Shown: one piece after another, positions 44,062 to 55,818 of the stretch
Numbering within the stretch: position 1 is the first letter of the stretch
How the letters are laid out: each line of letters starts with the position of its first letter
Source of the DNA: Prasinococcaceae sp. CCMP 1430
Lineage: Eukaryota > Plantae > Prasinodermophyta
Length of the DNA stretch: 64,000 nt
NCBI GenBank assembly: GCA_013416795.1
Contig: RQSC01000523.1
Location: forward strand, 179,202 to 243,201
Reading direction: 5' to 3'
Notes under the pieces: model-generated
Told to the model about the DNA's origin: nothing
The model's input: only the letters and a program-made list of their open reading frames with translations
Database searches by the model: none
Program-made: the position numbers and the translations under genes

Positions 44062-47018
44062 ATGGCGCCCTCCCCAGCGGTTGGCCACAAGCACATGAAG
44101 ACGCGCGGGTTCCTCGTTGCGCCCAAGCACAAGCAGCAGAAGTCGCTGCTGGTGGCCGTGCGCGTGCGCCCGCTCGTCGGCAACGAGGTCGGGCGATGCC
44201 TCAACCTCCTCAAGGTGCGCGCGCGCTCGCGCCTACATAGGGACGCAGGTGTCGCCATCCGCCGCGCGCCCTCGCAGACGCCTCTTGCGGACAATCGCCG
44301 GTGCTGACGCCCGCCGTGGACGCTCTCGCGCCGCTCCCGATGTCCAACGCCCGCGTCCCGTGCCGCCCGCTCGCCGCGCGCCCTTGGCGTCGTCTCGCGG
44401 CGCCACCGCAGGTGATCGACGAAAAGATCGTGGTCGTGCTGGACCCCGCGGACACGGTCGGCCAGAAAAAGGATTACCTGGACGCCAAGCGCTCCATGGA
44501 GAGGCGCTACGTCTTCGACATCGCGATGGAGGGCACCTGCACCAATTCGGACTGCTACCAGCGGACGGTCGCCGAGCAGACTGGCACGATCCTCAACGGT
44601 CTGAACTCGACCGTCTTCGCGTACGGCGCGACGGGCTCGGGCAAGACACACACCATGGTGGGCTCGCACGATGACCCTGGCCTGATGGTGCTGGCGCTCA
44701 AGGACGTCTTCAGAAAGCTCGCGGACGCGCCCAGCGGGTACGAGTGGGATGTGAAGTGCTCGTACATCGAAGTGTACAATGAGCTCATACACGATCTGCT
44801 CGATCCGCACGCGAGCAAACAGCACTCGCTGGAGCTGCGCGAAAACCCCGGGGAGGGCGTCACCATCGCAGGCGTCACCAAGGTGAATGTTGACAGCGCT
44901 GAGACCATCCTGGATCTGCTCCGCCAGGGAAACTCGCGGCGCAAGACCGAGGCCACCGATGCCAACGCCACGTCGAGCCGCTCGCATGCGGTTCTCACCA
45001 TCAGCGTCGCGCGCACCGAGGCGAACAAGTACCGCGCGAAGGTGCTGAACGGCAAGCTGTCGCTGGTGGACCTGGCCGGTTCCGAGCGCGCGTCGGAGAC
45101 CAACAACCGCGGCAAGGCGCTCCACGACGGCGCCAACATCAACCGCTCGCTGCTGGCGCTCGCCAACTGCATCAACGCATTGGGGAAGCAGCACAAGAAA
45201 GGCATGGCCTACGTACCCTATCGCAACTCGAAGCTCACGCGCCTGCTCAAGGACGGCCTGAGCGGCAACTCGCGCACCGCAATGATCGCCACGGTGAGCT
45301 GCTCGAGTGACCAGTACCATCACACCACCAACACGCTAAAGTACGCAGACCGCGCCAAGGAGATCAAGACCCACGTGCAGACCAACATCGGCACCGTGGA
45401 GAGCCACATCTCGGACTACCAGCGCATGATCGACAACTTGCAGAAGGAGGTCTATCAGCTGAAGACGGAGCTCAAGTCCAAGGAGGGGATCGCGAGGCCG
45501 GTGCCTGCACCTGGCATGGCGGGCGGTGAAGACGAGTCGGAGCTCACGTGGCTGGATGCACTGTCCAACGACATCAATGTCAACGTAGAGGCGCGCATCA
45601 ACTTGCAGAAGGCCCTCTTCGAGCTTGAGGACACCAATGTGCAAAATAAGTCGGACCTCACGCAGCTCGACGAGCAGCTGACGGAAGCTGCGCGTAGCAC
45701 CGGCGGACAGCTCCCCTCGACCGCCGCGGAGCTCGCCGAGCTGCGGGAGCGTCGCGAGGACATGGCAGAAAACGTGCGCGAGAACGAGGAGACCGGCGAG
45801 CGCATACGCGCAGAGATCGAGAGCAACGAGGCACACCGGCGCTCGTTGCAGGCCAAGATTGACGCGGCGATGAAGAGCGACAGGAATAAGACGTTCCTTC
45901 ACATCCTCAGCCAGTACCGTCTGCAGGGCGTCATGAACATGGAACTGCAGCTGCAGATGGCCGTGCGCGATCAGATCATCGAGGATCAAAAGGAGGTCAT
46001 CGGCAACCTGTGGCGTGTGCTCGAGTGTTCCGGTCTTGACCGCGAGCGCATCCTCGAGATTGCCCAGGAGCAGGGGATCGGCATTCAGGTCGAGCCCGAT
46101 GGCGGCGATGCATCAGAGCTGGAGCCCAGCGGCCCCATCGCCGTCGGCGCTGCGGGTGCGCGCGCAGTGGCGCGCCACGAGATGCTTGACCCCGGGGCTG
46201 CGGGCGGCCGTCACAAAAAGACTCCGTCGATGGGTGGCGTCGTGGCGACCTCGCCGATTGAGACGCCTACCAGCCCCGTACAGGAGCCGAAGAAGCCGCG
46301 TCCAGAGAGCAGCCCAGGCAAAGCTCGCCGCGCACTGGCGTCTGGGGGCACAGGTGTACAGGAGCCGAAGCAGCCGCGCCCAGAGAGCAGCCCAGGCAAA
46401 GCTCGCCGCGCACTGGCATCAGGGGGCAAAGGTGGGCGCCCGGCGAGCGCAGCATCTGTGCGTGCGAGCGGCGGCGAGAACGTTCCACCCAGCGGCGGCC
46501 AGAGCGGCGGCCAAGGCGGCGGCCAGGGCGGTGGCAAGGGCAGCGGCAAAGGTGGGGCAGACGTGTCGCCTGCAAGGACTGTTGGCAGCAGCAGCTCGCT
46601 AGGCTCGCACGGCAGGTCGGCCGGCGCGTCCAATCGGCAACGGCTGGGCGTATCGGTGGCGGTGCCTGACCTCATGGTGGTCAACGGCAGCAACGGGGGC
46701 GGCAGGGGAGAGGCAGCGCCCCGAGGCGGCGGTAGAAGATTCGCGGGCGTACGCGGCGTGGCGCCGCTGGCGCCGCGTGGGGGACCCGCGGCGCCACAGA
46801 GGTTGAAGGCCCTGTCCATACTGAAGGGATCGCGGTCCAAGTCCAACGCTGGGCGTGCCAGGGCTGACAACGAGAGCGGGCGAGCACACAGACTCAGGCA
46901 CAGCACGCATGCGCGTGTGTCCAGGCCCAACGTGGGCGCCGACCGGTGCTCAGAGGCTTCTTCTGCCGAGAATCGGAGATTCGGAGGTGTAAAAGCCGTC
47001 GATCTCACATCAAAATGA
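44062..47018 (+). CDS. Kinesin-8 family motor (KIF18/KIF19-like)
   Basis: LLVAVRVRPL, FAYGATGSGKTHTM, NATSSRSHAV, LSLVDLAGSERA, PYRNSKLTRLLKDGL and TLKYADRAKEIK. Intron 44215..44411. Confidence 0.93.
46278..46430 (+). repeat. 78-bp coding duplication in kinesin tail (VQEPKKPRPESSPGKARRALASGG)
   Basis: Units at 46278 and 46356. Confidence 0.9.
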
Positions 47019-47101
47019 ACAATATCTGGACGACGCTATGCAAATAATCACGCGCGTTCTGTGAATACCCCTACGTAAATTCGAAATAAATTCTTTTGGG
47101 A

Positions 47102-47440
47102 TCAGCGGCCTCGAGGTGGGACGTGGTGATGGGCTCGCAGGCGCGCGTCGACACCAGCGATGGCTCCCTGAGATCCTCGGAGGCGGTCCACTGCGCTTAG
47201 CAGCGGGCGTGCTAGGATCCGCACGCCGTGCAAAACTGCCGGCCAGGGCGCGCGCGCCGAGCACAGGTCGACGCCGGCGCGCTGGTTCAGCGGCCTCGAG
47301 GTGGGACGTGGTGATGGGCTCGCAGGCGCGCGTCGACACCAGCGATGGCTCCCTGAGATCCTCGGAGGCGGTCCACTGCGCTTAGCAGCGGGCGTGCTAG
47401 GATCCGCACGCCGTGAAAAACTGCTGGCCAGGGCGCGCCG
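47102..47440. repeat. Near-identical tandem duplication, period 185 bp
   Basis: tcagcggcctcgaggtgggacg... at 47102 and 47287. Confidence 0.92.
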
Positions 47441-47848
47441 CCCACTCCGCGTCCGGCTTCCATGCCGCGAGAATGCGTCAGCGTCAGGCGCGCGCCCGCG
47501 GCAGCCCCGCCCCCGGCGGGCGAGCGCAGCATCGCAGCTGACGATCACGATCCCGCCTCGTCCCTCCTCGCCCTCCTCTCTCCCCTCTCCCCCCTGTCCC
47601 TCCTCTCCCGGCCCCTCCTCCCGCTGCCGCCGCAGCCTGCGCAGGCGCCCCGCACGCGCGCGCAGTGGCAGCGCCTCCGCGCGCATCGCTCGCGCCTTTG
47701 CGCGTTCTCGCGCAAAAAAGGCGGCGAGAAAAGGGGCGCTGACAGCCTGTACGCTCACGTCAAAATGAAAGCAATGTTTCCGGTTACTTTTGATATAGGG
47801 TTCGGGAACCCGCGGCAGTGTGCGTGCGGAAATTCCGTCCCGGCCGAT

Positions 47849-47875
47849 GCGCGCGCGCGCGCGCGCGCGCGCGCG

Positions 47876-47928
<53 letters not shown>

Positions 47929-48025
47929 GACGAAATCGAACATCGAATCTGCAATGTTTAAATATAGATCCTGTTAGTCAATTGGCGAATGATGATCCCG
48001 ACGCGCGCTGCGTGTGTGCGCGCGC

Positions 48026-48058
<33 letters not shown>
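47849..48058. repeat. (CG)n(CA)n and (CG)n(TG)n microsatellites flanking an AT-rich core
   Basis: (CA)n about 47878-47925 and (TG)n about 48012-48057. Confidence 0.9.
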
Positions 48059-48060
<2 letters not shown>

Positions 48061-49873
48061 CCAGTTAGATAGTTTGTGACGAGTGTGATTTCGTGGCAGC
48101 GAGGACGCAGGCGCCGCGGACCGAGCGCAAGGCGGGCGCGTGCACGCGCCGCGACGCGGCAGCGCCCGAATTGAAATGCTGCGCGAAACCATGTCCGAGC
48201 TTCAGCAAGAGCTCACCGAGGCGCGGGCGGGGACGCCGAGCCTATCAGCTCGCTCGGCTTGTGCCTGGAGCAGCTCATGGAGCTCGCCGGACCCAGCGTC
48301 GCTGGTGCGTGCGCGCGTTTATAAATGTGTGTGTGTGCTTATTGCAAGCGCGAACTCGCCCGCGCCGGCGGCTGACTCCGCCTACACACACGCACACACA
48401 CACACACATACACACAGGTCCACGTGCTTCTGCGACTCCAACTGCTTCACCGAGGATGGCGCGCTCAACGATTGCTGTCCGGACGTCTGCGAGGTGTGCC
48501 CCGAGCTCGAACCGTGCAAGGCGCTCGCCGAGGCCGACGAGTCCGGCGGCGACGAGTCCGGCGGCGACGAGTCCGGCGGCGACGAGTCCGGCGGCGACGA
48601 GTCCGGCGGCGACGCAGGCGAGCCATCTGCGCCGGCGCCGACGAAGCCCGAGATTCCGCCCGAGACCGGCAAGAACCGCACGGTCGTGCAGGATCCGCGC
48701 TTCGCGGCCGGCGTGGTCACCACCGTGGCTGGCTCCGGTGAGCCTGCGATCGGCCTGATCAAGGAGGACGACGGCATCGGCAACGGAACGGCGTTCCTGT
48801 CGCTCCGAGGCATGGCGGGCAGCGCGCCGGAGGATTGCGCATCCGACTTGGTCTTCCTGGTCGACCAGAAGCTCTCGAAGGTCCGCCAGGTCAACACCAA
48901 GACGACGTTCGTGTCCACGCTCGGCGGCCTCGACGACCAGGCAGGCTCCAAGGACGGATGCAACGGCAACTCCACCTTCAACAGCCCCCACGCCGTGGCA
49001 GACGCCGGCGACTTCCTGTTCATCGCTGACACGGCCAACAACTGCCTGCGGCGCGTGCACAAGGAATGGGAGTGCTCCATCACGCTGGTGGGCCCGTGCG
49101 TCCCCGCCGAGGCCAAGGCCGTCGGTGGCTCCGGCAAGGCGCCCTTCGGCAAGCCCCGCGGCGTGGCCGCGCACCAGAACGAGGATGGCAGCATCGACGT
49201 CTACCTGGCCGACGAGGGCTTCAAGCGCATCGTGAAGGTCAACGGGGAGACGGGCGAGTGGACGACCATCTCGGAGAACCCCAAAGAAGAGGTGGACCTC
49301 ATCAACCCCAACATCTGGAAGCTTCCGAGGGGCCTCGCCATCACCCCCGACGGCACCAAGCTCGTTGTGGCCGACGACGGCTTCAAGCAGATTTTCACGA
49401 TCGACCTCACCAAGGAGGACTACCCGCGCACGCTGCTCGCGGGCGACCCCTGGAACGAGAACGGCTCCGTGTCGGTGACGTACATCGATGGGCCTGCCAT
49501 GCAAGCACGCTTCTTCAGGCCGCGCGGCGTGTGCACCACCAACACGTTCGCCGTGGTGGCCGACTACATGAACAACGCCTACCGCTCCGTGGACCTCGCC
49601 ACCGGCGAGGTCAAGACCATTTTCGGCGGCGCCTCGGGGAGCGACGGCGCGAACGACCCCTCGCTCGAGGGCTTCCCGCCCGACTACAACACCGTCGCCG
49701 CGGACGGCCCCGTCGCCGAGGCCACCGCCGACAACCCCACGGCGTGCGCCATCATAACGAAGAACGACTGCGCGGCAGCAGGAGTGAACGACACGCTGAC
49801 ATCGGACATCGTGCTGTACGTGGGCGACGACTTCTCGCACCGCCTGCGAATGGTGGAGGGCACCGCGGCCTAA
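47989..49873 (+). CDS. Somatomedin-B-like + NHL-repeat protein (paralog B); 5' structure uncertain
   Basis: TCFCDSNCF..NDCCPDVCEVC followed by NHL repeats colinear with paralog A. Upstream exons (ATG 47989, intron 48012..48099) are in frame but lack a signal peptide. Confidence 0.8.
48536..48613 (+). repeat. 15-bp coding repeat x5 (DESGG)
   Basis: gacgagtccggcggc repeated five times. Confidence 0.95.
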
Positions 49874-50157
49874 GTCGCACTCTCCCCTCCCGTCTCGAGT
49901 GGACCGAACGCTACCAGCGCCTCCTGCGCACATCCATTGGATGGATGTGCGGCATGTTACAACAGTTTGTTTCCAAATAAGTACTTGAAGTATTACGACG
50001 TTCGCACGTGAGCCCACGCGCAGCAGGCTCTGCTCCATCCGATAGCAGCAGCAGCAGGCAAACAACGCTGCCACCACCACACCCAATCAGTGGGATTCCG
50101 TTACGCGCTCGCGCGGGGCTGCCCCCCCCCCCCTCCCCCGCTACCCCCGCGGGCGTC

Positions 50158-50883
50158 CTACCTGAACTCCGTGGGCACGTCTTCCTGGGCGGCGAAGTAT
50201 TCCCTGACCTCATCGGGCTTGGCGAAGCGCACGAGCTCGCCGTAGGATCCCAGCCAGGGCTTCACGATGGCCCACACGGGCCCGAAGCCCATCGGCGCGC
50301 CCACGAGCAGCACGCGCCCCACGCGCCGCGGGAAGTAGTCGAAGAGCAGCTTCACCATGAATTTGACGAATGCAAAGTCGGCGTTGGACTTGCCCCCAGC
50401 TGCGGAGAAGCCGCGCATGTCGAAGATTCCCAAGAACTGCTCGACGCCACTGCCGGGTGGGATGGCGTCCACGGTCGCCTGTATCTCCCGCGCGGAGAGC
50501 GCCCTCGACGCCACGAGGTCGCGCTCCGCGATGACGTGCTTCGCGACGCGCACGAGCAGCACGGGCCGACCGAGCACGTCCGTGGTGCGGCCGCCGTCGA
50601 CGAGCTCCACCTTGCCCGTGGCGCGCTCTGCGTCGACGGCGACCTCGCTCACGCTCGTCCACTCCTCCGATCCGCTGCGCCACGCGAGCAGCTTCTGCAG
50701 CTTGGCCACGGCCTCGTCCACGTCCATCCGCCTGTCGCGGAGGTACCACAGCAGCAGCTCGCGGTCGTCCGCCGCCGCGTCGGCACCCGGCGCGCCCGAC
50801 GCGCGCAGCGCGGCCGCGACGGCGGCACTCGCGGCGGGCTGCGCGCTCGCCGCGGGCGTGCGGTCCGCGCGCGCGACGTGCAT
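50158..50883 (-). CDS. CRAL-TRIO/Sec14 lipid-binding protein
   Basis: LLLWYLRDRRMDVDEA, DVLGRPVLLV, IFDMRGF, DYFPRRVGRVLLVGAP, WAIVKPWL. Confidence 0.9.
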   Translation of the reverse strand: MHVARADRTPAASAQPAASAAVAAALRASGAPGADAAADDRELLLWYLRDRRMDVDEAVAKLQKLLAWRSGSEEWTSVSEVAVDAERATGKVELVDGGRTTDVLGRPVLLVRVAKHVIAERDLVASRALSAREIQATVDAIPPGSGVEQFLGIFDMRGFSAAGGKSNADFAFVKFMVKLLFDYFPRRVGRVLLVGAPMGFGPVWAIVKPWLGSYGELVRFAKPDEVREYFAAQEDVPTEFR

Positions 50884-51080
50884 CGTCGAGGGCCAGCCGA
50901 TCTGTGGGCAGGGCAACGGCAACTTCGCCGGCACGCTGCCCAACGGCAACGAGGCGCAGACGTGCTTCTGCGACGCCAACTGCTTCAGCGAGGATGGCGC
51001 GCTCAACGATTGCTGTCCGGACGTCTGCGAGGTGTGCCCCGAGCTCGAACCGTGCAAGGCGCTCGCCGAGGCCGACGAGT
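50884..51080 (+). other. Orphan somatomedin-B-like segment, partly identical to 48422-48542
   Basis: TCIVEGQPICG..TCFCDANCFSEDGALNDCCPDVCEVCPELEPCKALAEADE. About 100 bp are identical to paralog B, with two substitutions upstream. Confidence 0.85.
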
Positions 51081-51612
51081 GGTCGTACAGGTCCCACACG
51101 CCATTCTTGAGCACCGAGGCCGCAATCGCGTCGTACGTGGGCATTTCCGAGAAGCACTTCTTCACGATGAGGTGCGCGGCCTCGAGGCACTCGGCGACCA
51201 CCACGGCGTCCTTCTTCGCGACGGCCTTGGCCAGCTTCGTCGCCATCGGGTCCGTCTTGTCGCTCACCTCGGGCTCGAGCTGTAGCGCCGCCGCGTGCGC
51301 CAGCGCCGCCACCACGCTCTGCTCCGCAAGGCCGATGCGCGTCTTGCCCTGCAACAGCGACATGATCCACCTGGCCTCCGAGCCCTGGCTCGCCACGAGG
51401 ATCTGCTTGATGAGGTCGCGACGGCGCTGCCCGCTCTTGTTGCCCTCGAGGGTGGCAATCTGCTTGAACGTGCCAAACACCTTGCGAACAGTCAGCGGCT
51501 TGGGCTTGAAGAGGCACTTCTGCTTGGACCTGCTGAATTCGGCGACGATGCCGAGGTCTCCGCTCTCCGTATACTGCTCCTTGATGGTAGACTCCTTGCT
51601 ACCAGTCGCCTC
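51078..51612 (-). repeat. 535-bp duplicate of LIG1 internal segment 53302..53836
   Basis: Colinear at offset 2224. One synonymous difference seen (51148 C vs 53372 T). Confidence 0.95.
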
Positions 51613-51991
51613 TCGCGCGCCGCCGCCGCCGCCGCCATCGCCACCACCTGCACCGCCCGCGCCCTGCAGCTTGCTCACACATACACACGCACACTCGCTC
51701 ACACACATACACACGCACACTCGCACACACGCACATAGACCAGTGCACGCTCACACGCACATGCGTGCTCAGATGCGCGCGAACGCGCATTCTCACACAC
51801 GCGCCTCTACACGCACACACACGCACACACACACGCACACGCACACGTCCGTGTATGCATAGGCTGTTCATGGCGCTGGCGNCGCCGCGTGGCGCCCGGG
51901 TCCCCACCAGCCCCGCCCACGGACGCTGGCGCCCGAGCGCGGCGGCCCGCCGCACCTGGGCAATGACTCAATTCATAGCATTAAGTTGGGT

Positions 51992-54900
51992 CTACTCGTC
52001 GTCGGCCGCGGCGCTCTGGATGACCGCCTGGCTGCGATACATGTCGGCGATCTGCACCGACGAGGTGGCCTGCTCAGGCTTCTTGTCCGTGCGCACGCGC
52101 AGAAAGCGCGGGAAGCGCAGCGCGATGCCCTTGTCCTCGTCGACCATCCCCTTGGCCGCCAGATGCACGGGCGAGATCGACAGGTCCGCGGCCTTGACCT
52201 CCCACACCTGTGCCGCGTCGAAGAACACGTCAGGGGTACCGGCTCCGCCAAGCTGGTGCGAGCAGCGGGCGATGGGCACGAAAAATGAGGGCGGCGGCGA
52301 GGCGAGTCAGCGGCGAGCGCGTCGCAGCGGGCGGCGCGCGCGTAGGCGCGCGCGTCTGGAGTCGCCGGGGCGCCCGGCCGCCGACAGCGCGCCTCGGACC
52401 TTCTCGGGTACGGCGTAGTACGGCCTCGGCGCGTCGATGACGTGCGGCTTGAGCGCGTCCGTGAGCTGCTGCAGCTGCTCCTCCGAGAAGCCCGTCCCGA
52501 TCTTGCAGACCGACTGGAAGGTCTCGGTGTCCTCGTCGTAACACGCGAGCAGGTACGCGCCGTACACGCCCGCGCGCTTGCCCTTGCCCTTCAGCGCGGC
52601 AATGGGCACAAGGTCCACCGAGTCGCCCATCGAATCCATGTAGTCCTTCTTGAGCTTGAGCCAGTTCAGCGAGCGGCGCGAGGGCTCGTAGTGCGCGTCG
52701 TCCCCATGCAAGGTCTTGATGATCAGCCCCTCGGTCGACGCCGCGACCGACTCGTTGAGGAAGTTCATGATCTCGTCCGCGTCACCGCTCGTGTGCGTCT
52801 TGGCGTACTCGAACTCGCCGGGCGTCTCGATGAAGGCAGAATACAGGGCCTCGCGGCGCTCGACGAGCGACTTGCTCATGAGGCTTTCGCCCTTGAGGAA
52901 GAGGCAGTCGAAGGCGAACATGCACGCTTTGATCTCGATGTCCTTCTCGTCCACGTCCTTGCGCTTTCGGTTCATCAGAACTTGGAAGGGCAGGATCGTG
53001 GGCGGCGTGGTGGTCCGATCGACTGCAACGGCCTCGCCGTCCAGCACGCACGCGCCCATGCCGGGCTTGAGCGCCCTCTTGACGATGCTCACCAGGTCCG
53101 GGTACTTCGAGGTCGTGTTCTCAGAGTTGCGGCTGTAGATAGCCACTTCACCGCTCTCCATGATGTGGATCTGCGCGCGCTCGCCGTCGTATTTGTACTC
53201 GCAGGTGAACTCGATGTCCTGGAAACGGTCGAGCACCTCACGCACGCCGTTGGTTGGCTTCGCAAGCATTGGCTTCACAGGGATGCCCACAGTGAAGTGG
53301 CAGTGGTCGTACAGGTCCCACACGCCATTCTTGAGCACCGAGGCCGCAATCGCGTCGTACGTGGGCATTTCTGAGAAGCACTTCTTCACGATGAGGTGCG
53401 CGGCCTCGAGGCACTCGGCGACCACCACGGCGTCCTTCTTCGCGACGGCCTTGGCCAGCTTCGTCGCCATCGGGTCCGTCTTGTCGCTCACCTCGGGCTC
53501 GAGCTGTAGCGCCGCCGCGTGCGCCAGCGCCGCCACCACGCTCTGCTCCGCAAGGCCGATGCGCGTCTTGCCCTGCAACAGCGACATGATCCACCTGGCC
53601 TCCGAGCCCTGGCTCGCCACGAGGATCTGCTTGATGAGGTCGCGACGGCGCTGCCCGCTCTTGTTGCCCTCGAGGGTGGCAATCTGCTTGAACGTGCCAA
53701 ACACCTTGCGAACAGTCAGCGGCTTGGGCTTGAAGAGGCACTTCTGCTTGGACCTGCTGAATTCGGCGACGATGCCGAGGTCTCCGCTCTCCGTATACTG
53801 CTCCTTGATGGTAGACTCCTTGCTACCAGTCGCCTCGCATAGCGTCTTGATCAGCGCCGCATCGCCCACGTTCATCTCGACGCCCTCGTGCGCCGGCGCG
53901 AGCTTGCGCGCAAACATGTACACAGCGGGGAGCATGTCCTCCGGCGTCAGCGTCGCGATGGTGCGCAGGCACTCGGTCACCAGCTGCTGGATGCGCAGAC
54001 GTTTGGGCTCCTCCGCGATGGCGTCCATGCAATCCCGAAAGAACGAGAACGGCACGGGCTCGCCTGCCTTCCAGGTCGCCTTCTCCGCAGGATCGAAGGT
54101 CGCGTGGCTCATGGCGACCTCAACCGCAAAGTCGCCAACGCCGGCAGCCGCGGACTTGGCCTTGGACGCGTCCTTCTTAGCCTTGGGCTTGGCGCTCGGC
54201 GCCGGCGCGGACTTGGCCTTCTCCTCCGCGGCGGAGGGCTTGACCTCAATTTCGGTACCCTTCACCGCCTTGCCCACACCGGACGGGCGCTTGCGGAACA
54301 GAGGTGCGACGTCGTCTTCGTCTTCGTCCTCATCATCCTCGTCCTCGCCGTCCTCCTCATCATCGCCTGCGTCTACGCCGCCATCAACGACGAAGTCGTC
54401 GTCGCCGTCTTCCATGGCCTCGTCTTCATCGCCAAGGTCCTCGTCCTCGTCTGTGTCGGCGTCCTCCACGACTGCCTTGCGCAGCCGCTTGCGCTGCGGC
54501 GCCTGCGCGTCGTCGGAGCCAGCCTTGTCCGCCGCTGCGGGCTGCGACGCAGGCTGCGCGCCACCAGTGGCGGCGGCCTCACCGTCGCTCGCCGCCGCGT
54601 TCGCGGCGCCGTCCCCGTCGCCCTCGCTGCCGACGTCGTCGTCGTCGTCGATCACGACCGCCCTACGCTTGGCCTTCTTCTCCGAGGAGCCGCCGACATC
54701 TGCGGGCACCGCCGCCTTGGCCACCGCCTTGGCCGCCGCCGCCGCCGCCGCGGCGCGCCCGTCGTTCTCCCGCGCTGCGAGCAAACTTGACCGCTCCAAC
54801 CGACGACCAAAACGTCGTCTGGGCCATCAGCCTGTCGCCGTCGCCGTCGCCGCCGCCCTTGGCGCCAGCCCCGCCGCCGCCGAAGAACGACGCGATCGAC

Positions 54901-55079
54901 CGCTGCTGGCCCCCCATCGCCGCCGCCGCGAACCCCTCCCCCAAGCGCGCGCGCGCCTCCCGCCTTCCCCCCCTTCTCCCCCCCCACGGCGCCCGCGCTG
55001 TGGCGCCCCGCGCAGCAGCCCGCGCGCGCGTTTTCGCGCCCCCGACCGCGCGCGAAAACGAGCGCGCAGGAACATGCAT
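51992..55079 (-). CDS. LIG1: DNA ligase I
   Basis: PIP box QRSIASFF after ATG 54917, [52 protein letters not shown] and [13 protein letters not shown]. Intron 52399..52253. In-frame upstream ATG 55079. Confidence 0.96.
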
Positions 55080-55818
55080 CACATCGAAGATACCCAATCC
55101 TTTCATTCATCAACATAACCCACGGCGTAGCATCCATTCTGAATGGCATTCTCTCAGACTCAAACCCTACCCTATCTATCCCTGCCGGGCGGGCCTGGAC
55201 GGACGCAGAGTTCCAGCTCCACCCACCAACCAACCAACCAACCAAATGCGTCGTTCGCCGCGCGCCGGGCGGATTCGGATTCGCGTCTGGGCGGAGTCGG
55301 CTCCGGCGCGCGCCGCGCGGCGAGGGGGTGTTTGTGTTTTACCCCGGGCGCTCATCCAGGCCTTTTTCTGCCCCCCCCCCCGTACTGCCATGCGAGCGTG
55401 CAAAGTGACGTCACCTTTCGGGTGCCGCCGGTTGGGGTTGGGGTTGGGACGCGGGCGCCACCCGCGCGTGGTTTGAAATTTCGAACCGCGCGGGCGCGCG
55501 CGCGCGGGGGGCGGAGAGACCGGGATCGCGCGCGATGTACCCGGACTGAGCGGACGAAAGAGCCGAATTTGACCCGGGACTCGAGGCGTGCAGAACGGGT
55601 GTGGCGGGTGATGATCCCGAGCGAGGGGCGCGCGCGCGGCGCCGGCGGCGTGCGGGCGACGGGGGTGTGCTCGCCCACCACCTCGCCGCGAGGCACCCGC
55701 GCAACCTTAGGACTGTCCCCTCCCGCTGGAGCGGTGTCTGGCGCTCGGACGAGGGCGGCACAGCGCGCGCGCGCGCGCGCGCGCGCTGTGGGCGCGCGCT
55801 GTGGGCGCCGCCACGTCG

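Noticed and set aside
42718-44307. 529-aa ORF between NEK and kinesin
   Set aside because: Low complexity, crosses T-rich promoter-like tracts, no domain signal.
50884-51612. Transposon or Helitron capturing gene fragments
   Set aside because: No terminal repeats, target-site duplication, Helitron termini or transposase are evident.
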